Shown here in pieces: positions 12,853 to 24,840 of a stretch of DNA of 61,013 nt. Numbering within the stretch: the first letter of the stretch is position 1; every line of letters starts with the position of its first letter. The notes under the pieces are model-generated. The model was not told the origin of the DNA and made no database searches. It worked only from the letters and a program-made list of their open reading frames with translations. The DNA is taken from the NCBI GenBank assembly GCA_900088475.1, contig FLMG01000982.1, positions 1 through 61,013 on the forward strand, in the 5' to 3' direction. Source of the DNA: Hyphochytrium catenoides (taxonomy: Eukaryota > Protista > Hyphochytriomycota). Position numbers and translations under genes: made by a program.

Positions 12853-14657
12853 ATGGCGTCGGCTCCATGGAGGATTGTAGGTAGTCAACTGCGCATGCTA
12901 GGCAGAGTTTTTGATGGAGCAGGAGCTATGATTCAGGGCCGACTGGCCTACACCGAACATCGTAAGTAAAGAGTCTCATATAGCATATTGGAGGGGACAC
13001 GGCTAGAGGGCTGGCGCTCAGTGAATGGACGACATGGAATGGGTGATAGAGTACTAGTAGATGCCGGCTTTGCTTGCTTGATGAGTGCCATGCACATTAA
13101 CCTTCGGTTTTCCGGCAGTGAACCTCTCGGTGCGAAATGTCAAGCATGGGAGCAAATCTCCTGCTATTCCACCCAGTACCTTTGTAGCTCCCAACGCTGC
13201 GGTTATTGGAGATGTGAAGATTGGCGAAAACTCTTCCGTCTGGTATGGAGTGACCATCAGAGGTAAGACCGTGGCCCTAATTTCGTAGCGTGTTCCATTA
13301 GAACGATAGACCGGGCAAGAGAATAGCACCTTCAATCCTACCGAGGAACATCGACCAAGAAGCCCTAATGGAACCCTCTTTCTCTCTTGCCTTAGGCGAC
13401 GTGAACACCATCAAGATTGGAGAGTACACGTCGATTGGTGATCACGCAGTCATTCACGCAGCCAAGATAGCCAATGACTTCCCTACTCACATTGGAGACA
13501 ACGTTGTTATCGGTGAGAAGTTAGGATGATGCAAATGAGGGGGAGGATGGCATATAGGGCGACAATTGGAACGACAAACTCTTCAATTGTCGCCCCAAGG
13601 GCTATAATAGTAAGGCGCCGTAAACTAGGCTTGCATGCTAAATAAGGAATGAAGGGAAAGGGGGTTAGGAGGGAGACTAGTTATGCCATTGAGGCAATAG
13701 AGGGGCCTAAACCCGCCACCGGCTCGAAACTATGGGGAAGTTCACGTCATCGAGCGTGAACCGACGAGCAGGGCCAAGATAACAACTGACAGCATAATCT
13801 ACAGGCCCCCGTGCTGTCATCCACGCTTGCTCGCTGGAGGACGACTGCATGATCGGTTGTGGCGCCAAGATTTTGGATGGGGCTAAGGTTGAGAAGAGGG
13901 CGATCGTAGCACCTGGATCCGTGGTTCCTCCTGGAAAAGTAGTGAAATCTGGAGAGGTAATAGACTTGCTGCTCACGTGCACAAATGAAACAGCGATGGG
14001 ACTCAAGAGAGGGACTATCTTCGTAGTCTTGGGCTTCGTCATGTCTCAAAGTCTATAATTCTGCGCTTATCTTTCTAAAGATCTCTAACGTATATGTCCG
14101 CTGTTTAGCTATGGTCAGGGGTTCCTGCCAAGAAGGTTCGGGATCTTGATACGGAAGAGATCGAGTTGATTGCTCTGACCGTCGATGAGCACTATGAGGT
14201 ACGTAGTAGATTAGCCTAACCTCACCCGTTGGTCGGAGAGGAGCCTCTTGCGTCTTTGTTCGAATGAAGCTGAGATAAACCAGATGGGAAAGCGACAGCG
14301 AGGAGAAAGAGTTGATCCTGAGACACCTCATAGGAAGAGCGAAGGATAGGGAAGATAAATAGAAAGAGGGGCGAGAGGGAAAGAGAGAGAAAGGATCAGG
14401 GCACTTGCCTTCAAGTTGGACTTTTCTAGGGTGCGCTTATCGTGCAAAATGGCCTGTTCTAACCTTCTCTTTTCGTTGAACAGCTTGCTAGAGAGCATGC
14501 CCTTGAGCTCTCCAAGTCCTTCGAGCAGCTGGAGAAGGAGAAGAAAGAGAGGAAATTTGGCCCAGACGACGAGGGCGAGGATATGAGGGAGTATAGACCA
14601 GGAGAGATCTTTAACAGTCAGCAGGCAATTGACAGAAAGCGCCTGGAAGGGGAATAG
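12853..14657 (+). CDS. Gamma carbonic anhydrase-like protein, mitochondrial complex I CA-domain subunit; 6 exons
   Basis: Hexapeptide-repeat motifs FVAPNAAVIGDVKIGENSSVWYGVTIRGDVNTIKIG, IHACSLEDDCMIGCGA and LWSGVPAKKVRDL. GT-AG introns: 12962-13118, 13263-13395, 13513-13804, 13957-14108, 14199-14483. N-terminus resembles a targeting peptide. Confidence 0.93.
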
Positions 14658-15182
14658 CTCGATCATTCTTCATTTGTTCCGCTTTGAACTCTGTTCTTCT
14701 TTCTCTTGTCCCACCTCTTGCGACACCCTTTCTCTGTCTGTCCTCCTTAGCCCACAAGAGATAGAGAGACTGAGAATATCATGCCCTGCTATTTATGAGG
14801 GAATAAATGATCAGATCATCTCGCTCTTTCACTTCAGTGGACCATGGCTCGCAAAGATTATATTCCGGAGTCTCTTAAGGATTTAAGAATGTGCTAGTCT
14901 GGTCTTGTCCACTGCAGTTCCCTCTCTGGCTCAACTCTTGCCTCTCTACCCATTCCCTCTGTCTGTGCATGCCAGACAAGTGAGTCCATCTCCCCTTCTT
15001 CCCTCCTTCCATCTCCCCTCAGCTGTGACTATAGGAGGTCTTGCATTCTCTCAATAGCTCACTAAGAACCATTGGACAAGGACAGCTATATTAGAAAGGA
15101 ATAAATAGTTTTGTGCATGTCAGCCGAAGGACGCTAAGCTAAGGAAGGATATAAGAGCTGATTTGGCCGAGAGAGGAGGACC

Positions 15183-18100
15183 CTACGATCCTTTGGCCGC
15201 GTGATATGAAAAATGAGAGGCGGACGAGGTCATACTCTTCCGTCCTATCATCGAGGAGCTCCTGCCGTTTTGTTTGGCAGTAGTAATCTCACTTAGCTTA
15301 GCCGTTCCCTCCCTAACATCTACCCAGAACCTCTCCATGGACCGACTGGGCTGTGTTAGCCACTCTAAGAGCCGCCGATGGAAGAGGCGATAGCGCCCAT
15401 TTCTTACTTGCACGAACGGGTAGAGAAGGGTAAGGATCTGGGAGCGCGTCACTTCATTCCAGCCGATCAGATCATTGGCAACGAACTCTGGGATAGGGTA
15501 CTAAGCATTAAGGGCGGGAGGCAGAACACAAGGTAGGAAGCGTTAGAAACATAGAAATGGATCTCCTCAGCACAGGATAGGTTATCAGGAAAGCTCGTAG
15601 GGCGGTAAAACAGCAGAGGAAGATGGAGCCAGGTTGACAACAGATCAAATAGGACTCCTGGTGCAGGTATCGGGGATACTTATTCCCAGGTGTCAGACAG
15701 AGAGAAAGACACATTAAGAGTCATAATAGAACCATTTGCGATGCTGCAGGCGTGTGAGAAAGATAAAGGACACAAAAGATAAGCCGCTCTCAGTGCTGCC
15801 ACTCTTACCTTTCCCCCGGCATCAGCTGCCGCCATAAGAGAAAGAAGGACCCGAGCACTATCCCACAGCTTGGAATGCATTCCAGAGAAAAGACGACCAA
15901 ACTCGGCATTGAAGGCCCCTTCCACTCCAGATGGGAAGCTGCTAATATGCTTCATCGTCACCTTGGCCATCTCATTGCCCTTGGTAACGTCAATAAGCCA
16001 CTGACGGACAAACATGTTTAGATAGAGGACATCTCCATCGCACTTCTGCAGCACAGTTAGAGAAGCAGCACTAAGGTCTCGGCTGTCCACAACTCCAGTA
16101 AGAAGCTCTGAGACTAGCGCAGCCATGTCCGCATTTGTCCTACTGTCACTGCCTTGCAATTCAGCAGCGTTAAGTTTCTTGATCGCCGTACTGATGTCTG
16201 GATGAGGCCGAGCCGTCACAAAGAACCGCAGCCAAGTAGGCAGCTTTCTGAACAAAGCCACTAGCATCTTAAGAATCATGTTCTGCCCGTTAACCAGTCC
16301 TTCATTCAGCCCGTCTACCACCACAATGAGGGGTTGTGTTGGCCGAGGTAAAGCCGATAAAGGTGTCTTCAAAACGGCGTTGAATAAATCCAGAACATTA
16401 GCATTTTCCAGCACTGCCATAAGATGTACAGAGAGTTAGAGACATGACGGGAGCAAAGGGAGTGTAATATGCTATGGGATGCTATAGAGGCTGTGAGGTC
16501 TCATAAGAAGAAGCACACCATCCAGGAAAGCATAACTAGCAAAAAGGGATGGTGAGAACCTGGAAACGAGACGCTGACAACATAGTGGTGGCTCGTACAA
16601 AGGCGGAGGAAAGAAACAATGATTCTCAAGGATATTTCCAGGCACGGGGCTATTACCTGAGTCGAGGTTAGTCCCTTTCAACAAATCTCTGTAGTTGGGC
16701 AGTCTTCTTGCCAGCTGATAGGACAGAGACCGGATAATCTGGCCAGGAGAGCTGTTCGCTATGTCTTCATGCTCTATAAAGTGGTAACCCACGACGGCAT
16801 GGGATAATTCCTGGATAATCTTAGATGCAATAACAGTCTTTCCAAAGCCTCCACCTGCCGAAAGAAAGAGGAACTGCGGCGCTGGGGAAGCTGAGGAGTC
16901 TCCACGTTCCGCCCACTGTCGGATCTCCGTTAGCACCCACGGGTGTACGGTAGGCGCGGAGCAGTTGTAAAGTTTCAGGGAGAAATAGTCAGTGAAATCC
17001 ACTGGAGAGAGAATGTCCCGCAGAGCGATGTCCTCCTACATGAAGCCCAAAGGGTTAGTACGTAGACGTCGAAGTGAGGGAATCTAACTCTGCCATGAAA
17101 CTGTAGACAACAGTGCTAGCAGTTGGCATGCAGAGAGCTAGAGTAAGGAGGATCTAAGCACATAATCTATGAAATGACGAGAACAAGAGATGGGAGAGCA
17201 CAGGAGCAGGACATTGATAAGAAGAGTCTAAGATTAAAGACAGAGGACAAGCGAGACACTTCATTGACAACGTACCACCGGCTCCGACGACACTTCCAGG
17301 ACAGATCCAAGACTTTCAAAGTTTTGCGTCGACGCGCTGCGACCGACAGATTGGACCTTGGAGGAAGCTTCCGCAACTTTCCCATCGCCGTCTTCCAGAT
17401 TTTCTATTTTGGACGCGCCAGACAGAAGAAAGCCAAAACGAGGTGTATTAGTGAGAGACGGAGAATGAGCTGCTCCATTTATCCTCAGCAAATAGGGCAC
17501 GAAAGGTAAGACGAGGAGAGTGTTTAACTATGAGAGTGGCGTTTGACTATGCTCAGTTCTGATGAGTTTCTGAACCCTACAGAAGCTCCGCTGGGAAAAT
17601 ACCTGTAGAGTTTGAGCTGTTGCTGGCGCTCTCCAAATGACGAAGAGAGCGACCCAAGCCGTCGATCTTCTTGTGTATCATCGTCTTCAGCGTAGAAATC
17701 TCATCCAGAACCCTTGTTTGTTCACTAGCAAGCTCCCGAAGGTCATTGCTGCTAACGGTCCGCGAAAGTTCTAGGCCTACGTAAGCACTCAATTAGCTTC
17801 TCAAACTCCCAGAGCTGCCCCTAGACAACCTTAGAGGTTTAATGGCGGTGCGGCAGCCCTCCCAAGTGCCATGAAAGCCCCTTAGCAATAAACCTTCCTA
17901 TGTATACTCATGCCAGCCTCTGGACTACATCATATGACTGTCTAGTCTCACACGACTCGTTTTCTGCTGTCTGTCGCTTCCCACCACTCGCTCTAACTGT
18001 ACGTCAGTCCGTATCAGTGTCTACTTTAGTACTTACTCGATTCAACGTTGTCCAATCTGTTCAGCAGAGACTCCGTAGCCCTCTGCCTAGCCAAGGCTGT

Positions 18101-20180
18101 CTTCTGGAGCGCGCCCAACTGAAGAGAGAGAGATTCCAACTTACTGGAGTCTACTTCCTGGTTGACATTAGCTGCAGCCGAGATCTTATCTTCTTGCTGT
18201 CGATTTACCGCAGTGGCGAGAGCTGACGCAAACGACTGCGAAAGCTCCTGCTTTTGCTCTCCGAGGGCGGAAGTGAAAGAAGTGATAACCTCTTCGCCTT
18301 GCTTGGTAATCGCAGACGCTAGAGCGGAAGATAGTTGTTCAGAGTGAAGTGCAACAGTGGAATTAAGGGACGAGGAAATTGAAAGAAGCCGGCTCTCAAG
18401 GTCTTCCTTTTGCGCTTGCAGCAGTTCCATGTATGCTCTTTGCGTTGCTTTCAAATGCTCTTGCAGACTATCTTGAAGATCACTTTCTCCAGTCTTAACA
18501 TTGCTGCTCTGAACAGCCTCCCTCAATGACTCCAATTTGCCTGCGAGCTCTTCCTGGAGCTTCTGGGCGTCACCTGTCCCCTGGCTTCTTTTACCAACCT
18601 CCTCGACCGTGTCATGGATGACGGATGAGAGTGACGCAGAGAGGGACGCTAAAGCCTCTTCTCGCTCTTTCTTCTGGTCCGCCATCGCTTTCATCAGGGT
18701 GTTAGACATTTTTATAACCATCTTCGTAATCTGATCCATGCCTTCAGTCATCTTGTCAGCGAGGTCTTTTTCTCCCTTCTCTCCCACAGTCATGTCCATA
18801 TCTCCTTGGTGATTTTTCAAGGCAGTAGAGAGCATTTCTTTCATCTCTTCCTTATGTCTTGATAACATCCCGCCAACACTTCGGACGATAGTATCCTCCA
18901 GTGTCTCTTCCGTGATGGCTGAAGGAGGTGGGGCGAAAGCTAAAGCAGAGCTATGCTTCTTGACCACTTCGTCTATAGAAGAAAGTGATATCTCTTTGGC
19001 GGAAGATAGTAGCGGGCTCAGATGTCTCTTCAATACGTCCTCAAAGCAGGATAACGAAGGGGCAGTGCCAGAAAAAGCGTGCAAGTTCCTCTGGAACATC
19101 TCATCAAGCCGCGCAAGAGTGTCATTGCCCAACGAGGGAGGCGGTAACGTGGCTAGATGCCTCTTTAGGACAACCTCTAGCACAGAGGCGTTGGTCTCCG
19201 GTGAAGAGGTAACATTGGACGACACTTCTAACTGTTTCTTGACCACGTCCTCAATGGAAGCCAAGGAGACATCTGAGGGCCGAGAAAGTGCACTCAGATG
19301 CTTGCTGAGCAGCTTCTCTACATCTGCAAGTGTGAGATCGGGCGGAGTTGAAGAAACTGACCTAATTGTCAGGTGCGTCTTCAAGGCGGCCTCAAGTGAA
19401 GCGAGGGAAAGGTCCGAGGGAGGGGCAGGAGGAGGAATGGCACTGAGGTGCCTTTGCAGGACCTCCTCGATCGAAGATAGGGAGACGCAAGGTGTCTGCG
19501 GAAGTTTGGAACTGTTCACTGCTTGAGATCTCGACAGGGTTGTGACAGAATCATTCAGATCGTGTAGCATCTTCTTTAGGGTCTGAGTCTCTCCCTGTAA
19601 CACTGATAGCCTCCTCTCTAGCTCCGGAGGGGAAGACAGCGAAGAGATAGCCTGGGTAGAGCCGTTTAGCTTTTCTTCATTTCTCATCTCTTTCACGGCC
19701 TGCTGCAAGAGCTGCAACTGTTCTTTCAGCTGGTGGAGTTCTGCACTTATGGGAGAAGCATTACCATCTTTCTTTGGCATTTCCAGGAGAACTCTCCTCA
19801 GGTCTTGTGACAAAGTAAGGCGAAGCTGCTCCAGACTTTTCTCGCTCAAAGAACTATGACTTTGCTTTGAGTCCGCGTCTGGAGCTGGGGAGCGGTTTCC
19901 GCTGATGGTGATCAATGAGTCTGACGCTGTCGGGGCAGGTCGGCTCTGGATTGCGCAGACTGCGGACTCGATCTTCTTCTCAAGCATCTCTTGATGCTTC
20001 TTGTTCTCGGTCCTCAACATGTCAATCATGCCTCTCATAATGGCAAGGTCATTAGCCAATGGTCCCCCCGAGGTCGCACTGGGATTAGGTATCGCGGCAT
20101 TGATCGGAGCAGAAAGAGGAGTGGCGCCGACACTGTTTGGAGTCGGAACTCTCTCTCTAGCGCTAGGTTGCAGACCGTTT
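15183..20180 (-). CDS. NACHT/STAND P-loop NTPase with long N-terminal coiled-coil and repeat region; 5' end hidden by an assembly gap
   Basis: Walker A FLSAGGGFGKT; VGYHFI...IIRSLSYQL; Walker B LIVVVDGLNE; LPTWLRFFVTARPH; winged-helix RYRLFHRRLLEWL. Six exons join in phase through GT-AG introns to the 738-aa ORF. Confidence 0.8.
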
Positions 20181-20217
20181 NNNNNNNNNNNNNNNNNNNN
20201 NNNNNNNNNNNNNNNNN
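20181..20217. other. Assembly gap (37 N)
   Basis: Run of N bases. Confidence 1.
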
Positions 20218-21504
20218 GTCGACTATTAGACCCAGGCCACAAGCATCAAGCACTTGCAGCCGGCAGCGTGCCTCGGCGTCACCCCTTATACAGCATAAGT
20301 CATCGTTCTTGACGTCCCTGAGCTCCAAGCCTTCGGTAAGATAGCACTATAGCAACAGTCACGAAGCTGAATCATCCGCGCTGAAGCTCAGGACTCCAGC
20401 TAACTACGAGGCCGGATCTGAAGGTCCTATAAATCCGCCTGAAGCGCGGACTGACCGAGGCAGGTGTCGCTGAAACGCAATGGTGGTGGCTGGGACACAG
20501 CTACAGGGATGCACTGACATGGGCTGATAAATGGGCGGACCAGGAAAAATTTGTGAGGGCGGTGAGTTGCGGGAATAAGAAGCGGCACTACTGATGAAGA
20601 GAAAAGACAGGAAGTGAGGGGCCTATGAAGCGAGAAAAAGAGTCGGTCATTTAGGGGAGACAGAGTGAGATTTTAGGGAGGAAGAGTGAGATGTTGTAGG
20701 GACAAAACCAAGGATATGTAGGAGGTGAGTGTTGATGGTGTCTGAAGAGATGGTAATTTCAGAGATGAGAGACAGGGGAAGGAAATGCGAAGCCATCCAT
20801 CATAGAAATGAAGCGGTTCACCTGTGTTCCGGGTGGTGTAGTCTGTGTACTGGCTCCAAGGCGGCATAGGTTGGGATGACGAAGGAAACTCCTTGGCTAA
20901 CAGAGCGGTGTATCTGAGGGTTAATGGCTTGGAATCTCCTATAAGTCGATTACATGGCCGGTGAGTTATTAGGTTTTGGATATGTTCTCTCTAGATTTTG
21001 GGGTTGCGGCTTATTATTAGGAAAACGGGAAGTCATGATTCTCTGACCCAACCCTCAGCCCTAAATCTGATGATGGGCGTACGATTACTGATTACTAACC
21101 TGATGGTCTAAAGGATAACCTCAGCATAAGTAGTTCTATGATAACCTTCGGATTTATCACAAACAGTGATCTGGGCATTACTGTTTGTAGTACACGTACA
21201 GTGTAGTTCCGATCAACCTCATCGGTGTGGTCCTACTCGTAAAGGAAGAAAGAGAGGGGGGTGAGGGCTTCCTTGTTTGAGCCAGTCACTCTCTCATCAC
21301 CACTGAAGGCCTTCAAAGGCGACTGCCAGAAATCTGTCAGCAGCTTGGCGGTCCGATTCTACAGCCGCTGCGTAGAAAGCTTTGGCGCGGCGCGCTGGGT
21401 GTCGTGTGCGGGTGTGTTTCAATAAGCTCTGATCATCACGGAGGCGGCAGACTTAGAGACCTATTAGGGCTGGCAAGAGAGGAGAAGAGCACGCTAGCGG
21501 AAGT

Positions 21505-22275
21505 ATGGCACTCAAGGCCCCTAAACCCAAAGCCCTCTGGCATCTGGTAGATGCTGAAGGCCAGGTAATAGCAATGGTTTTTAAGGCACAGCTTTCCCCG
21601 GCCCCTGACTTTGTCCTCCATCATCTGTATCAAGGTTCTCGGAAGACTAGCCACCCAAATAGCACAGATTGTTCAGGGCAAACATAAGCCGACCTATGCG
21701 CCTAATGTTGATTGCGGAGACTACGTTGTCGTGGTGAATGCTGAAAAAGTCGCACTCACTGGAGATAAATGGGCAAAGAAGCTGTACAGATGGCACACTG
21801 GCTACCCTGGGGGCCTCAAGTCCTTCACGGCTCAAAATATGCACGATCGCCAGCCCACACGGCTCATGAAGGAAGCTGTCAGTCGCATGCTTCCGAAGAA
21901 CAGGATGAGGGCCCTCTATGAAAAAAAGCTTCTGTACGTATCCTTCACTGGTACTGTCAGCTCTGGCTTTCAATGCATCACATTTCCCTTTTTCTCACCC
22001 TGTCGGAGAGAATAGCCGTCGTTTCTTTCTTATCCTTGCCCTGGGTAGAACGATTGGCCTTTGTGAGTCTTGAAACATACTAGCATTGACGCTCCCTTGC
22101 CTACAGCGTCTTCCCTGGTCCGGAGCATGACGTTCCCAACCTAAGCAAAGAAGCCAAGAGCATCGTCGAACCTCAGAGAGAGAAAGGAGGTTTCAAGTTC
22201 GAAAAGTTCGTTACCGAGGAGCTCACAATAGATGACCTCACACCAGAAGAGTTGGAAGCGCTGAAAAATGCATGA
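21505..22275 (+). CDS. MRPL13: Organellar (probably mitochondrial) ribosomal protein uL13; 3 exons
   Basis: WHLVDAEGQ|VLGRLATQIAQIVQGKHKPTYAPNVDCGDYVVVVNAEKV...YRWHTGYPGGLK...RMLPKN...L|VFPGPEH. Introns 21565-21634 and 21934-22106. Confidence 0.92.
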
Positions 22276-22735
22276 GCTTCTAGAAACCTTAGTCCTTGGC
22301 CAGTGTCTCTCCCTCCTCCCTTTGCACTTATCTACAGGCAACTCTGTGCTCTCCTCACAAATCACTCTGCCGTCTATGCCATTCCCCCTCGTCCCACCTC
22401 TTCGTGGTACTCAGGTTACAGTCATGTGGACAGCTGAAGGCGTGTCCTAAAGGCTAGGATTTGTTCACTATTTAAGCCATAATAACTCTCCGTACCTACA
22501 TTACTTCCGGCTGTATCTATTCTGTTATGGCTGTCCGAATAGCCCTCAAGCCCTTCAGCAGTCAAGGGACTACTAGGAGGGCATCCATGGTCGACCTGTA
22601 CTTGCTAAAGCCGCAGGTGAGGTCGAGAAAGGATTTCAACAGGAAAGATGGAAGCGGTGATGTGATTAGACTATCGATGGGCAGTTGCTGGAAGGAATAT
22701 CATTCCTGATTTCTAAATTAGTTAAAAGGCAAAAT

Positions 22736-24435
22736 CTATTGCCCTAGTGCCGCAGACTTTGCTTGGTCAATCTCCTTCTTGTCTTTGCTTCTCCTGTGCT
22801 GTCGGTTTGGCCGCGAGCTCCTCGTGGAAGTCAACGACTGACTATAAAACGGACTGGACTGGTGGACCTTGAAGCCATAGACTCTAGGGATATACATTTG
22901 GGTAGATCTGGTTGGAATCAGATCTGGATAGGTCATCAGGAAAATGTGTGGGAAAGAGGTCCCAAAGTAAGCCCCATCAATATCTGAAAGGACGCGAGAG
23001 TGAAGGAGGGCTACGCGCATGGGTTGACCCCTATTGTCTTTCCAAGGAGAAAGAACGATAGACAAGCCACGCAGATGATAACGCGCAAGTAGAAAAAATA
23101 TGGGAGGCAGCACATATCGTGAGAAGAAGCCTCTAGAAAGATATTGTCTTTTCCAAGGAGAAAGAACGATAGACAAGCCACGCAGATGAAATCGCACATG
23201 TAAAAAAAGTATGGAGGCAGCACATATCATGAGAAGAAGCCTCTAGGCTATTTAGAAAAAATGGTGGAAAGGATACTGCCTTGTCGACTGGACTTGGGAA
23301 AGTAAATGTCATGGCATTTGGGACAAAAGACATTGACAGTGGTGTTCCTAGGAATATCAGACTGGCCAACGGGTAGGACTGGCTGTCCTTGACAATAAAC
23401 TCGAAGACAGCGACCAAAGTCTACTCTACTATACTTCTGGAGCTGAAAAAGAAAGCAAACAAAGGTCAGAGCCACCACGTGCTGACAACCGGCAAAACTG
23501 TGTGGGATTCCCTCGTCAGTCGAGTAGCAGTATTTAGAGCTACAAAAAAGCGAATCGACATTGAAGCAGACTGGCTGCTCAATAAAGAAAGGAAACTGCG
23601 AAGGAGCACCCTATCAGCGGCATGCTCGCACCACCGAGGAAGAAGACTTAGCCACAACGACTGACTCAAGGACACTTACCATTGCTTGCATCCCTCTGCT
23701 TGTGAGGACGTACCGCGCATGAATAAGTCCGTATAGCATCTCAGCCGCGGATTCTACCATTTCTTGCTGCTGATCACTCAAGTTCTCTGCTCAGAGAGCG
23801 CAGGTCAAAAGTCCGCGTCGTTTCCTTACTCAACCTCTACCCATCTCTAATCTGATTCTAATCATATTTGGTCGTTAGACTAAACAGTCCGTAACTCCTT
23901 CCCTCATCTCTCATCTGGCCCCATCACTCTATTGCAATGACTTCTACGTCTCTGCTGACGCCTCACTCACCATACGGAGACTCCAGATCAAGGATCATGT
24001 CCATTGCGTAATCATAGTACGGGACCATACTGCTTAAACCGGTGAGATTGAAGTCGTCTTGAATAAAGTCCTCCTCCACCTCGCAGAAAAACTCATTTCC
24101 CCTAAGAGAGCAGAACCATTGGATCCACGAAGTTTCCTCGGAACCGCTTTCTCCGCTGCTGAGGAGGTACCGTCGTTCAGTCTAGGTGAAGAACGACGAA
24201 AAAGAACGATAGAAATGGAGCAAAAGAAGGAGACATAAATTAGAAGAGGAGAGAATTACCTTTCTGCCTCTTCGTCATCTTCCTCTTCTTCCTCCTCCTC
24301 CTCTTCTTCATCATCATCATCCTCTCCTTCTTCCTCCAGCTGACCGTCGTCCGGAGTTCGGTCTTTGGCCACACCATCAGGGAGGCTTGCTGCCTCTCCA
24401 TCTTTTCTCGCATCGTCATCTCCGCCAGCCTGCAT
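22736..24435 (-). CDS. CSNK2B: Casein kinase II regulatory beta subunit with acidic N-terminal extension; 5 exons
   Basis: [101 protein letters not shown]. Start at MQAGGDDD (24435) is tentative. Confidence 0.95.
22984..23276 (-). other. Probable U12-type GT-AG intron (last intron of CK2 beta)
   Basis: Donor GTATCCTTT is the U12 consensus. TCCTTCAC (branch-site-like, one mismatch to TCCTTAAC) lies at 23007-23000, about 17 nt before the AG. Splicing restores G-N-I-D-G-A-Y. Confidence 0.7.
23032..23247. repeat. Tandem duplication of a ~110-bp unit (2 copies) inside the CK2 beta last intron
   Basis: TATTGTCTT(T)TCCAAGGAGAAAGAACGATAGACAAGCCACGCAGATGA...GGAGGCAGCACATATC.TGAGAAGAAGCCTCTAG occurs at ~23032-23136 and ~23142-23247. 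Confidence 0.92.
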
Positions 24436-24784
24436 GTTTCTTTCTTTGACATCATGAAAGGCGTCAGAGAGGGTGAACAGGAGACAAAATGTGGATGTAG
24501 ATTCTCTACCTTATCCGACCCCCTTAGCCACTCCTTTCTCTATCTTCACACGAGCTAATCCCTAGAGCAAACTGGTAAAAGAGTCATTCTGTGCCTCCTT
24601 AGATATTCTTCCTACAACGAAGGTTAATTGGTTCAATGGTCGAAAGGGTTATGGTGGAGCTTATGCAGCAAAGCTTCAAAAATTGCCGTGCGCCTTGACT
24701 TACAGACTAGACCGGTATACAACTTATTATTTGAGTCTGTTCCAGATTTCTCCACTTGCGAGGTGACCCATTAGAATATCGCGT

Positions 24785-24840
24785 CTTCAGTCTGCAAACG
24801 GCACACCTTCAGTCTGCGAACCGCACACGTTCAGTCTACA
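24785..24840. repeat. Short tandem repeat, ~22-bp unit, about 2.5 copies
   Basis: CTTCAGTCTGCAAACGGCACAC / CTTCAGTCTGCGAACCGCACAC / GTTCAGTCTACA. Confidence 0.85.

Noticed and set aside
21938-21948. GTATCCTT in uL13m intron 2 as a possible U12 donor
   Set aside because: Only the GTACGT donor at 21934 restores the LVFPG frame with the AG at 22106.
24240-24455. Basic [10 protein letters not shown]...[10 protein letters not shown] resembling an NLS-rich protein
   Set aside because: It is an out-of-frame reading of the acidic first exon of CK2 beta.
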